A DNA stretch of 49,279 bases, counting the filler, from Bipalium vagum (Eukaryota), in the NCBI GenBank assembly GCA_037834085.1. It is 3 parts of 3 records of this genome, joined end to end, with 100 filler letters (N's around TTAATTAATTAA, not from the genome) between each part and the next. Parts side by side here need not be neighbours in the genome. Positions count along the whole stretch, not along the records: positions 1 to 17,126 come from JBBMKC010077671.1; 2 more parts are not named here. One strand, given 5' to 3'. Shown here one piece after another: positions 1 through 14,119 of the stretch (its first letter is position 1; each line of letters opens with the position of its first letter). A program made the translations under genes and the position numbers. Under the pieces are notes generated by a model. That model ran no database searches. It was not told the DNA's origin and saw only the letters and a program-made list of their open reading frames with translations.

Positions 1-71
<71 letters not shown>
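1..71. repeat. (TAT/AAT)n trinucleotide microsatellite
   Basis: Uninterrupted tat repeats from the start of the window. Confidence 0.97.
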
Positions 72-73
<2 letters not shown>

Positions 74-3000
74 AGTAGTATTTCTGTGATATATTATGAT
101 CATATTAATAAGATGAGTAAAAATGCACCTAAGCCATGTTTAACACAATTATAGATACTCTTCAACTAATTCCACTTGATTAATTAAGAGTTATTTTTTC
201 AGAGTTAAATATCTGCTCATAAATTAATTCCTCTTTCGACAAAAAACTTTATAAAATATTAATTAATATTAATATGGAAATTTAGATAAACCAATCAATG
301 CAAACATTTGATTGAACTAAAAAGAAATAATTACTGAAAAATACGAAATGATAATTAGCGCTTGACAAATGGCATTGTTTTGACGTATATAAAGTCGCAA
401 CAAATAGTTCCAATGAAATGATAATTAACGTACATATTCCAAAGTCCGCTCTAATTTGCTTTGAATCAACAATTAATATATAAGAGAGAGATATCACTTG
501 GTTTCTTTGATATCTCAGACTCTGACATTTCACACTTGTTTCCCGGTAATTGCTATTGACAAAACAAACTAATCAGGATCGGACTCAAACTAAATGAATC
601 CTTGTAAACTAATTATCATCCATTGTGTTGCAATTAGCCATGATAAGCTCATATGACCACACCACAGGTTGATTGTCGGAGAGATAAGGGTTTTATTACT
701 ATTCTATATTTGTACGGCAATCTGATGATGTTTGATCTGGAATTGGGATAGATTTATTGGGTTTCATTGTTCCTCAAAGTCCAACCCAAAAATTTTAATA
801 AAAAACTAATTAAAATATTTTTTATCAATGTGAGCTATATTAATTTTTATTCTTTTAGTCATTCATTCAGTATCATTGGATGTCAGACATGTTCAATGTA
901 ATTTATTTTTTTATTCAATGTAACTTTTTTATATATTTCGTTCATTTATAAAATGATAAAATATATTATATGAATATTATACAATGAATAATTTTAATAT
1001 AATTTCATATATATTATATTATTATTACACTTTTAGACTGCTTGGTTTAGATTAGTCTCTCTGAGTTTCTCAACTTATTATCTTCGTCTTTTTTTAAAGT
1101 TTTTCATTCTGGAATAAACAATGCAATTGAAAAAAACATGTTGTAATTCTAAGAGTATATCAGCATGAGTTCTTGGATCATAATCCTGCTGATAATAATT
1201 CGATCCAATTATTATATGCTTGATCCGTTGATGCATGAAGTCAACTTGTAAAATAAATCTAATTATTAAATACAATTAATTGATTTGAACCAATAAAACA
1301 TTGTGTATATTGTGTGGATTATTAATAAAATTAAAAAATCAATTCAAAATCATTTGTTGTTTTGAAATACATTATGAATGCGTGGTTATTTTTATGATTT
1401 CAGACATTAAAAATGAAATAGCCGTAGCTAACATATTATTATAGAGAAATATAGAAACCATAAAATTAACAAAATTCCAATATTATTGAATATTTTAACG
1501 GCTTTCCAGAACCAATGAAGGGTTACTTTGCAACTTCTAATTAAAAGTTTGCAAAGGCTAAATTAAAGTATTGAACATGGGTTGCGAATTGCAGGGCTAA
1601 GTACCCAAACTCATTAGCGTATCATAAAACAGATAAATTAAGACTGCTGCATAGTAAGCGTGTCACCGAAAAAATACAAAAACTATTATATACATTAAGA
1701 TTTGACTGAACTGTTTACCGACCGCTGCAGTAACGTATAGTCCCTACGTAATAGTATGTACTCTGATAAATATGTGTCAGAGTTGCAATTGCGCAGGCCT
1801 CTATAGTAGTTGCGAATATTAAAGGACATGCCGACTCAATTGTCTTTATACCTCATGTAAAAATCTTTTAATTAACTATTACTTGGGTTGCCATAGGTTG
1901 TCTATCACTGGCATAGGGAACCTTGATTTATCCTATAAATTGAATTTTTGTTACTACCGACTAATCATCACTCACTGCAATCAAGTATTTCTATAACCAA
2001 CACAGTACTAAACTCCATCACTAAAAATTCAAATTCGAACAAAATTAAATGAAATAAAAAGAAAATAATGAATTATGTTAAAATAAAATCGAATAAGTCA
2101 AGGCTGCCTAGGTCTCCGAGAGTACCCGTTAATCTTCACAACTCGACAGGACTCGAACACAGTTCCAAAATAATGTGTGCATTGGCATACCTTTTTACCT
2201 GTCTATAAATTTCCAATAATAATAAGCTTCTCAATAACGCAATTTCTTTCAACATAAGTCGTAACCTTTCAGTTTTGAGGACTGTTAAAATAATAATTCC
2301 TGACCATTCAGGCTGACAGCTCTTGAATTTGAAGTGATTCGTCTAGTCTTACCAAATCAAGAGAGAATATTCTCCTTTCCTTCCTCTTAACTTAATATTA
2401 AAATCAAGTAATATCGAAATTATACCAAGACTTAATACAAAATAATCATGATACAAAGATGGCTCTTCAAAGACTGTCAGTATCGCTTAAAATATGTGGC
2501 TTATTAAAGATTTTATAAACAGAAAGGCTACAAAAATAAAGGTAGTTACTCTAAATCATATGTGTGAATCTTGTGCATTAATGATAGATTGAAGCTCACT
2601 TTTTAAAAACTGGATTTAATAAATTAGATCATCATCGGAACTTAGTGTTCGCAAAACATCTGTTACGTATTTCTTCACTTCGACAATATTCATTACGTTT
2701 CCGATTGGCAAATATTCACAAATCGAGAATATTAAAGACTGAACTGCATGGTGGCTGATGTTGGGAAGTTATTTCTTTTTCTTCAAGGAATCTGATTACA
2801 AAAGCAGTTTAATATGAACGAAAATTATAGTACATGGGAATAATGTTGGCTGCTTGTATTGATGTTTGAAGTTGTAAATCGTTTCCCGAAGGATTTTAAG
2901 ATAATATTCGTTTATACAAATTCATCAGCAGGAAGGATAACTACACAAAATTTACCTAAAATGTAAAACTAATAATGATTATTTTTATGTTGATAGGGTA

Positions 3001-6000
3001 TCAGTTGTTCTAATTTTTGTTAGACTGCTTTGTTCATACTGTACATTGATATATCCACTTTTCATCGATAACTATAAGATGTTACCGAATATTGTGTTGA
3101 TTTCAAAATAATTAAAGGATTTATTTTTCTTTTGAGACACGAAATTTGAGTTGATCTTGTGACAAAATATGCGAGATCCACTTAAAATGAATATTTTCGG
3201 TAAGAATGCATAGGATCATACGGTGAAAAGTATCAGTAAACTCATTCAATTTATTTATCTTAATTTTGGAATTACCATCTACTAATTCATGCATTATCTT
3301 TACTACTTCATCACAATGAAAAGGCTGATGTCGTCCTCAAGAATACTTTCCCTGCCCCATGCTTTGCAGATGAACCGATAACATTATTTAGCCTCGTGTC
3401 ATTTCAATATCATGTTTAAATAAGAAAACGAACTTTTTCATTTGTAACTCCCATATCTCTAAATATAGAATGGAAGATGAGTAATATTTCTCTTACGAAA
3501 TTACTCATAATTTGATAATGACTGCAGCAAAATAAATGCATTTTTCTACATAGTGATCTAATCATATCATACACAGTCAACCACTAGATGATTAAATAAT
3601 TTCATGGGTTAATATATAGTTTTTTGCCAGTGACAAGACTTTATAACCGTAGTATTAAGATCTAGGTTTCAACGAAATCACTGCTAATTAAAAAATTTGA
3701 AAATATGTCAGATGTTTTAAATTCAGAATGTAAAAAATCTTAGATCACATTATTTAAATGGTTTACACAAACCTGCTAATAAATTTTTAGTTCAAATAAT
3801 TGATTTTGTTTCTAAAAAAAGTACGAAATCTATTAAAACTAATTAGATCTTTTATTTTTGTAAAATTACCCTAAGACTTTTATTTAAAGAGAGATAAATT
3901 TATTACTGAGAATAAAAGCATGTCTTTGAATGTTTTCGGTATTCTGGAATTCAATTAAAATTAATTTAAGGGTACCAAATGATTATATATTTATACGAAT
4001 GTAAATTACATAATAATATATGATTATATATCTAAAATATTTATGTCCAAATTACTAATTTTTATATTACTAAAATCAATACTGAAACCAATTCACGAAA
4101 AAATAATTTTCCAATATTTTTTATATGTATAACGTAATGTTTTAAGTTTTTTTCAGGAAAGATAAATAATTAATAATTTTGCCTATTTAATTATAAAATT
4201 TTTAATCTAAAAACACAATTCGATGATTTTTATGAAATAGGGAATTAATTGTATTTTATTTATATTAAAAAATTATTATAATTTACTAGAAGTAAGAAAA
4301 CATATTTCATATAAAATTCAATCTTTATTTGTCATTATAAGAAAGTATTACTCCATCACCGGCAAAAATTCCGAGAACAAGTGAATTGAAGACGATGTGC
4401 TATGTTATCTACTGTCTTGTACTCGGGCGATATCTTACCGTTCTCAGACCTCTTACTGAAGGAAATCCCACTAAAGTGGACAACAGTGTCACTGGCTGTC
4501 AGATAATATATTCTGCTAGACGATTAAACCATTTGAAGCAAGAAAAGTAAATCTGCTGATGGCTAATTTGATAGACAAGATACGTAATAGTGCTTCCATC
4601 ATTTGTCGTTAGACTCATGTCTTAGGGCATTATTTTAACCAGCGAACTCTGTGTTTGTTTTAGAGTGGAATTGTGCCACTAGCGACCCACGAAGAACTTG
4701 GCAAACCTGTGATGTTAAGGACATGAAATAAATCATGTGTATACAGATTTAGAAATTATTCCTAATTCTTTTCGGATAAGACGCTTGTCAACTTTAGAAT
4801 TTCGAATCGGTTGCTTTAATATTTGAAAAATATAATTATTTTAAATAATTATGCTTCATAAATATATTTGTTATTATTAATTCTTAATTGTGACATTCTC
4901 TGACAATTAAAAAAATAGAATATTAGTGAAGAATATTAGGAAATTTTGTATAAAGGAATTTATTTAAACTTTTCATTTTATTTATTTTTTAATTTTTATA
5001 TTTGATATTTTTACAATTTTAACATTTTCAAACATTTTGAGAAAAACTATTTTAAAATGATTAATTTCTGTCATGAAGTCATTATTTTTCAATATATATA
5101 ATAATAAAGAAATTAACTTTTTTCTAAAAGCGTTTCTCCAGAAGAAATAAATTTAATTTTCAATTTTTTATTTTATTTCAATTTACAATTTTACTCCTTT
5201 GATTGGAGGTAACAGAAACAAGAAATTAAAAGATAAAATTTGATTTTTTTTCATTAATAAAATTTTCGTATTGTTTAAATCAATCAAATTATGATTAATT
5301 ACCAAAAAAACATTAAAATAAAAAGAGTTGATGATTTAAATATCTATAAATTTAAATTTTTAAAAATACACTTAATTAAAACAAAATTTAATCTTGTTAA
5401 TAATATTTTAATAAAAACAAGCAATCACAATAAAAATTATAAATTATAACAATAATTGGATACCAATGTTAAGTTTACGTTATGAATCTAACGACTCTAT
5501 TATTTTATCCAACAATATTTTTAGCTTGACCTTGATTTTATGTATTTTCATCGAATTCTTTAAAGTTGTTGAATTGTGTGGTCAAATACCGAAAATTGTA
5601 TGGATAATATATTTAAAAGCATATTTAAATAATTATTGAAAACTTTTCCAACAGAACGGGTTAATTAAAAAGCCAAAAAGAAAAAAATAATAATAATTCT
5701 AATAAGTTTAGGGTTTTTTAATTTAATTACAGTATTAATAATAAAAAATTATATATAATGATAATTGATTTTATTTATGACTTGACATGTTTCACCAATT
5801 AAATATTTTTATTTGATATTGATTAATAATTAATTATAATTCAGTGAAAGTTGATCTCTTAAATCAATTTTTGTAAAATATTATTGGTATATTTTTTCAA
5901 CACATTGTTAAAATTTATATTATTTTGTTTTGTTTAAGATTTGCAAATAAAAATATGGATGAGAGCAAAAATCAGAAAAAAATTTATCAAATTTCAAACT

Positions 6001-8683
6001 TAATTTTTCTCCAAAACCAATATTTGACTAAAAACAAATATAAAATAATGATACAGTATTTCATAAATGTTGAAATAATTCTTTCCAAAAATATTTCTGA
6101 TAATAATTTGACTAAAATCAGAAGATATTGCATATCAGCCCTTCTATCAATATTGATGAGTGATCGAGTGGGCCCGTTAATTTAACTGTGGGTACGCATA
6201 TCGTGTCAATTGTTTCAGTAATCACTCTGCATGAGAGCTATTGACACTAGTTAATCAAAAAAAGTCTCAAACCTACCGAAGCAACCTAAACGGTAATCAT
6301 CCAGGATTCGAAGTCTATTAGCCGCTATATTGCCTTCGTAGCCACTCTAGACGAATTGTTGCGTGAACAATGTTACCAAGTCGAGAGCAATTACGAGATT
6401 GTAGATATACTCCTTTACACTGATCTCTGTTGATAATTATTGCTTTTCTAATTCACGAAGTTGCAGAGTTGTCGGGTAGGTTAATGTGATCAATTTCGTT
6501 TATTGTCAATAACAACCGTTGATTGCCCTGCAGTTAAACTTTTTTCTTAATTATGTTGATTTGATTGTTTTATACTACTGACAAAAACAACATATGTTGT
6601 AGTTGCCATCAGTTATATAATAATTGAATTTCTAATATTTCTCCAAATCGGCTTGATCTTTGTTATCAGATGGATTTGGGATCTGATTCATTGAATTTCA
6701 AATGAAATTCCAGTTTGGTGATTACAATTAGACAGACGTTTCTCACAAAACCAGTAATGGGTCTAATATTTGCAGATTGGTTTAGGCTTAGCTATATTAA
6801 CATAACTCAATATTATATGGCTCTTTATTAATGTTTTTATGGGAGTAATAAAATTTTGGAATATTTTTCCTTTGGTTGTAAAATGTAAGCGAGGGAAATT
6901 AAAACAAAATATTTAAAATTTATGTATTTCAATATTTCTATTTATTAATCATTTATTTATTATCAAATAATAAATATTGGTCTAATTTTAGTAATAGTTT
7001 AATATCTGAAAGTGGGAATTTCTTTTAGATTTGCAATATCTTTTTTAATAAAATTTAATAAATATTTTTGTTTTTATTGTTTGAAGAGCAAGAATTCTAA
7101 CATCTATTTTATCTTTATTATATATATGATATATTCCCCCTTTTCATATTTAATGGTATTAATTTAAAGTTTTATTATATAATACAATAAACAGTTAAGT
7201 AATCCTTGATGATTTGGTAGTTATATGCGAACAGAAATTAAAGCCAAAATTCTTTAAATTATTTTAATAATTTTCTTTAACTGGTTTAATTGTTTTATTT
7301 AAGCTCGGCATTTTTTATTAGTTTTGATATATTGAGAATTTATATAATTATATAATTATTTTAGACTGTACTGATTTAATAATTACTCTATTAATATAGA
7401 CTGTACAGCTTAAGTCGAATTCTTAAATACGTGTTTAACGTATAATTCCATAAATTATTATATCTCTGAAAGAAATATTGTATTATATTTTATCTATCAA
7501 AATCACTGTTACATTTTATAAAACTTATTTTGGATTATTATTGATACAATTTTTTGTAGACATTAATTAGTATTATAATGTACTCAACATTGTCTTTTTT
7601 TATTATTCTGTCTTGTGCCCTTTTTCTGTGTTTTTAAAATATAAAATTTGTCATCAATATGTGCATTGTACTCAAGATATTATATCACCAATTAAAAATA
7701 AATAATATTTTTGGAATTTTATAATTAAACGTTTTTTGAAGAAGTTTATGCCATAGGTGAATCAGGTTTTTCTATTTGATAAACTTGTAAATTATATAAA
7801 ATATAAAATTATATAAATATATTTTTTAATTTTAAAATTTTAATTATAATATAATATAATATAATTTTGATAGACGATAAATTACAATTTCTTAACCTGA
7901 CACTAACAATATTATGAAAATCAGGTTTTCCTTTCTTCAATATTTTTTCTACGTGAAAACACTAAGAAATTTCCATAATTATTTTTAGATCTCCTAGGAT
8001 CAAACATAAATCAAGCTAGAGGTCGTTTTCTGTAATAGGAAAACTAAGAATTTCATTTTCCAATAAAATGAGAAATATTTTTGATAAAATTGACTGAATT
8101 TGAAATTTGTGAAAATATTAAAAATTTTCAAGATTACAATTGTTACAAAAATCAACCTTTATGAACTTTTATTTATTTTACTAATTATAATTATGTACGA
8201 TCCTTAACTAGTTCGGCATTATTCTTAATAAAATCCTTTCCCATCAAAATATTAATAATAATGTGTAGGAATTTTCCAGTTACAAGTAATTAGAAATGTC
8301 GAATGTGTAGTAATCGTAAATTGTTTATTTTATACATTATAAATGTAATGTGATAAATATCCACAATAAAAATTTTTTAAAATGTATTCGGTTGAATTAT
8401 CGAACTGATCAAACTGCCACTTTGTGATCCGATTGAAAAAATTGACTCAATCCTTTTCTTTATTGATTGATTTATAAAAAAATTTCTTTATTACGAATAT
8501 CGATTTATTATTAAATCAATGCTACATCACAAAACACAATATTATGTAAGTAAATATTGAACACATGACTTGTTTCTGCCTACAAATCTTATACAAGAAT
8601 ACATATGGCAGGATGAAAATAATTTTATATTGAAAGACATTTTAAATAGATTCTGTTTAGAAAAAAACTGATTATTATCACTT

Positions 8684-9746
8684 TCAGTAAGGTTGATATC
8701 TGTTTTTTTTCCGGATTTTTTCTGAAACTGGCCGCTTAATCAATGAAGTTGAAATGTGTGAGTTGCTTTCGTCGTTTGATAACTTTTTTTTAACAAGACA
8801 AAAACAAATATCATTAAGTTGAAGCTTGGCGGTAAACAGATTGTATTTATTCATGCATGCTTCCGGATCTATTGCAGCCCATCCAGAATGACGAGTAAAA
8901 AAGGGTTTGGATATTGGAACTACAATGACGCTCTGAAATAAGAAATAAATAAGAGAATCTATTTGGTATTTTATTGTTATTTCAAGCATTATATCTTTTA
9001 AACTGATAATCATCAATTTAAATCATATTTCAGCATCTTATCAAATATCTTACTGATTTGTTTTCATGGTTTAATTGTACTCTAGCAGTATTGTCGGAAT
9101 GACTGACTTCTATAAGTCTGACTTCACTTGCAACCAGTATCACCCCACTGTGTAATTTGCAACTGTTTTCAAAATCTGATACCGATAGATTTTCTATTAT
9201 CTTAAGTTCACCATCACTCATCTTAATTTTCTTTCCTTTATGAAATGGATCAACTTCTGGAGATGGTTCACACATTTTAGGATTGATCAAAGAAGCCTGC
9301 TTAGATGCCAAGGCAGCAGTGATTAGTCGGCCATATGGATCATAAGCACCCAGTCTGTTGTAATTTCCTCCAATAAAAGAAGATGTGAAAGGAGAATTGG
9401 AAAGTGATGAAAAGGGAAAGAGATTTGCTGAAATTTTTGAAAAAAATGAGTTTGAATAGTTCATTGGAGGCAATTTCATGAAATCGGATGATGGTGGTTG
9501 AATTAAACTAGAGTCAGAAGAAAATGGCAATTTCTTACTATTCAATAATGCACACGGATCAGATGAATTAAAAAGGATGCTTGGAGGAGGAATAGAAAAA
9601 TACGGTAAATTATGATTATTAGTAAAAGGTGAGATGAAATTTTGAAAAAATGGTGGCACAGGAAGGTGTCCGTTGTAGTTGGATAGTTCTTTTTCAGCCG
9701 ACATACAAGAATGTGGTCTAATTAAATTGCGATGGACGTTATTCAT
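8684..9746 (-). CDS. ATXN1: Ataxin-1-like AXH-domain protein, ~313 aa; CDS join(9746..9054, 8932..8684)
   Basis: DPFHKGKKIKMSDGELKIIENLSVSDFENS...ARVQLNHENKS|SVIVVPISKPFFTRHSGWAAIDPEACMNKYNLFTAKLQLNDICFCL aligns by eye with the Ataxin-1 AXH domain (PYFMKGSIIQLANGELKKVEDLKTEDFIQS...EHRAQ|VSVEVLVEYPFFVFGQGWSSCCPE...KLSVGDVCISL). A phase-0 intron (8933-9053; GTAAGA...TTTCAG) joins the two listed ORFs in frame. The N-terminus is Ser/Pro/Phe-rich and low complexity. Confidence 0.9.
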
Positions 9747-9748
9747 TG

Positions 9749-9806
9749 CTAAAAGAAATTAAAATAATAATGGTATTGTATTTGGATAGAAGAAAATCAA
9801 ACTCAC
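9749..9806 (-). other. Probable 58-nt 5'-UTR intron of the ATXN1-like gene
   Basis: Donor G|GTGAGT at 9806 and acceptor TTTCTTTTAG|CA-ATG ending 2 nt before the ATG. The upstream exon has an in-frame TGA, so it is probably untranslated. Confidence 0.6.
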
Positions 9807-9876
9807 CGAATTTATCAATAAATTTCTTTAATCAATTTTTAACAAAATGAAGTGACTTTAAATTGATTTGTCAACA

Positions 9877-9929
9877 ACCAATACAAATCGCTTAAAATGC
9901 GTACGCATTGTACGAAGGCTTTTATTGGT
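9877..9929. promoter_or_regulatory. Candidate promoter element: two oppositely oriented CCAAT boxes flanking a 14-bp palindrome
   Basis: CCAAT at 9878-9882, AATGCGTACGCATT at 9896-9909 and ATTGG at 9924-9928, directly upstream of the ATXN1-like gene. Confidence 0.45.
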
Positions 9930-12900
9930 CGAATCTGCAGATGCCTGTCTGCATGGATAAGGAGTATTTCGATTATTTACTAACAAATAATCAGTCAATT
10001 TTTTCAGGAGTTTTTAATTTTTTATTTTTAGAGTCTAAATTCTAATGATCTGCAGTGAGATATCAAAGTATTCAAATATATTTTATATAATAATATCAAT
10101 TTAACCATACGTCGGGAATGAGTTTCTTTGCTAATTTTAAACTTTTAATTTGTGATGCTTTAATTATGATTACTTGAATGTATTTATGAAGTATAATTCG
10201 TATGATGTTATACTTCATAGAATATATGCGGCAAATTCAATGTTATCCTTTTGGAATAATATCGTAATTGAATATTTTAATAAGAAAAGACTTAAAGCAT
10301 TATTATTTTTTTATTATTATTATTATCGTTATTATTAATAATTAGTCTTAATCTTATTGAGTGATTTTTGATTTTTAACAGTACATGGTCATGTCCTCGC
10401 TTTGATTAATTAAATTTTGGTAAACTTTGCCTTATTGTTGAAATGATATAAAAATTCAGCATAACAATTTTTCATGTTATTTATGGAATAGGATAGAATA
10501 CAAAGTAAAATGTTCACGTCGATAAAACTGAGTGAAATCATCCAAGCTTTATTTCAAACTGTTTATTTTTAAATTGATCGAAATTAGGAAATTTATGGGA
10601 AATTTTAGTGCTTTGAAAGATTTGAGTAAAGAAACAAGTTTCTAATGAAATTAACAGTAAATATAACGAAAAAATTAAAAACCTTAAGATACTAACAAGT
10701 TAACACTGGATCAATGGTAACTAAGAGATTGAGTTTCATTAAATATTAAAATTTGTTTTTTTATGGAATTTTTTTTACTTTTACAAATTCCCTATGCCAA
10801 AATGTATTTCAGTATTCCTGTAAAGTTTGATAGGTATCTTGCAACATGAAAAATATTAAATCGGCTTGAAGTCATTATTTATCCTTCTGTTACAATTCAA
10901 GGTAAGTATCAATACATAGAAATACAAAAACAAAGTAAAATTATTAAAGGGAAGCTATAATTATTTCTGATGGGAACAATTGATAATATAGACTTATTTT
11001 CAACCTATTTTCGGCGTTGAGATTTATTAAGTTGTGGTAAAGAGGAGAAAATTAGCAAAAAGGAAATAACTTTGTATTGATTTAGTAATAATAGTTATTT
11101 AAACAATTATTTCATGGGATGTTAAGTTTTTTCTAAGTTTAAATTTACAAATTTACTTTCTTTTTTCATATATTTTAAAATAAAGATAAATCTATTTTTT
11201 TAAGGGCTCATATGATATATATAGACCGAAGGTTGAAAATGTGAGATGGTGATTAAATTATTTACTGGAGTCTAACTGACTACCGACTTCTTTATAATAA
11301 TATTAATAATAACAATATTATTATTATTATTATTAATAAAATACAAAAATCTTTATTTTTTTTTAAATTTATTTTTAATATAAATATTAAGGAACACATT
11401 AGATAACTTTTAACGTGACCTGTTTTTTCAAGAATAATATTGCACTAATTGAAATCATATTATTTTATTAGTGGTTATGTCATTTAATTTTATATATTTT
11501 AATTCTTGTTATATATCCTTGTGATTACATTTTACTCTCACTCTTAACATCTGAAAATGATCCGTTCGAATTCTTCTCCATTTTCGCAATGTCCCAATGT
11601 AAAATATTAATAAAATTAGCTTCCAGATACATATTTCACTCAAAAACTGTCAACAAATTCTAATTGTAATTTTCTTTTATTATTGATATAAATATCGAAA
11701 TTGAAATTAATTTGTTATTTTTGCTTTCAAATCCGGTCTTACGCATGGAATCCCAATATCCGGTAAGCATATTAGATCATAAAATCCACCTAAAATAACA
11801 ACCGAGTAAAAGTCTACAAGTCTCACCAGAGGCATAGTATACTGCTGTGGGCCACGACAAATCCTACTTTGGGCCTCGGTGTGGTTGATTTGATATGATA
11901 ATTAGTAGCTAACTGCTGAAAAAACACGGCTGCTGTACGAAAGGATGGAGAATAAAATTGATTGAAGTTGTTAATGATTACACGATGACTGGTGGTGTTT
12001 ATGATCACGGATTAATTGGGCTGGGAACGGCATTTTCTGGAGACTGGACCGGAATATCAAAGTAAATATGCAGCATTATTGACACGATTAAATGATTTAA
12101 GGAGCGTCTTTTTTCAAAAATAATGATTTGAAAATCCATAAATGAACTAATAACTAATTAATTGGAACATTATTCCTTTGGATTTCTTTGTTTTAATTGT
12201 TTGCAGATTAATACATGTACTGTGATTCAATGTCAACATGGAAAGAAATAAAATATAATTAAATAATTATTTTATTATTGTTCTCTTTTTTCTTTAAATT
12301 TTCGTGTATATTGACTTTTTTCAACAATGAAGTATAATGTTTCAAATGAGCTCAAAAATTTCAATGCATTAAAACAAAAAAATTATTTAATTAAAAAATT
12401 TAACTCAATTTAAAAAACAATTTTGATCAATAACGAATGTTAATCAGCTGTAATTTTCTAAAAAAAATTATTGAATGAACAATTGATTTTTTTAAAATTC
12501 TTTTTATATATTAATAATAAATATTCATTTTATCTTACTTTCAGGAACAAGAAATAAATTTGTTTAAAATGTTTCCACATTTCTCGTCGGTATACGCGGA
12601 ATAATTCTCGATACATTTTTTAATATTCAACTGTTTAAACAGCTATAGCAGAGCCATCTTTCTTTAATTATATATTGATACCATTTTCATTAATAATTAT
12701 TGAAATTTAATTATGATTAAAATATTAACTGTAACTTATAATATTTATTTGTTAATAAAAATTAAATTAAAATAAATGAATCTTGGAAAACACCATCAAT
12801 AATATTTGATAATTATAATAATATTATTATTAATATATTCATTTATTATTATATAATCAATATAATCTCACCATGATTGAGGTTTATGCATTAGAGTTTT

Positions 12901-13448
12901 ATGTAAAAAATAAATTATTCGTGTAAAAAATTATCCATTTTATCATTTTAAAAGACTAAGGGTCACGAATCACTTTGTTTTAATGTTAGTATGAAAATGA
13001 AATTATAGTGAATTATTTGATCTAGAATACAACTAAAGTATTAAGTGGATCAATATGCGGATTATTTATAATTTTTTAATGATACAAAGGGACGTAATTT
13101 CAATTATCAAAATGGTTACTAGCCACAAAATATTTAATTTCTGAATTAAAATAAAATGTTTTGATTTAGGAAATGTGACAGGGTCAACTAAATATGATAA
13201 AAGGATTAAACGGTCTTATTAAACAACAGATTGATTTTCTTAATTTTTTTATCGTAACTTTTTCAATTCCAATAAAAAGAGGTAAAGTATTTTATTGATA
13301 AGCGGGATATTAAAAAAAAAACAAAAAAATGATAACAAAAAAATAATGAAATTGAATAAATTTCGATAATAATCAGTAAGGATTATCAATAAATTATTTG
13401 GCTAATTTTAAATTATTTATCAAAATTCACCATAAGTTTAAGGCAAAA

Positions 13449-13451
<3 letters not shown>

Positions 13452-13514
<63 letters not shown>
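13452..13514. repeat. (AAT)n microsatellite
   Basis: Tandem aat repeats. Confidence 0.97.
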
Positions 13515-13517
<3 letters not shown>

Positions 13518-14119
13518 TATTAATAAACAATTATTTCTTAAAAAATTAGAACAATATAAATAAATACTAGAATTATTGAAAAATACCAAAGCTGCACCTT
13601 GTAATAATCTCGTGTTACATCATTACCGACGTAACGTAAATGGTCATTAAAACGCGTTGAGTGAAATCAATTTGATATTAGAGTTTCAAGACTTTATTTA
13701 TAGTAATGCACTTAATATTTATCATTAAATGATGTAGTTTTTTGTTATATATTGATTTTATTAAATTGTGAAAAAAATCTAATTATTTTTGATTAATTGA
13801 ATTTTTGATTTGATAATATGATTTCTTGACGTATGAGGAAACGTCTTAAAACCAATAATTACTGAAAGAGCTTATGGTATACTTTTATTTTAACAGAATA
13901 ATACTTGGACTTTGAAACGAAAATTATTGTGGTAAATAAGGAATGTCGTTTTCTACATAGTTGAACTTTAACGTGCAATATTTGTTTAAATTTTTAAATA
14001 TTTAATACCTTTTTGTAAAACAATTTAAAAATTGAATCCAGTTCTATAATTGGAGAACATTTTTTATGTTTATATTTTTAATCTTTACATTATTTAATGC
14101 TATTAACCAATGATGAAAA

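Noticed and set aside
1078-1275. 65-aa minus-strand ORF as a possible exon
   Set aside because: No recognisable domain, no ATG start and no partner exons identified.
13206-13225. Partial resemblance (TTAAACGGTCTTAT) to a planarian spliced-leader sequence as I recall it
   Set aside because: The match is short and does not continue; no donor site or Sm-site structure follows.
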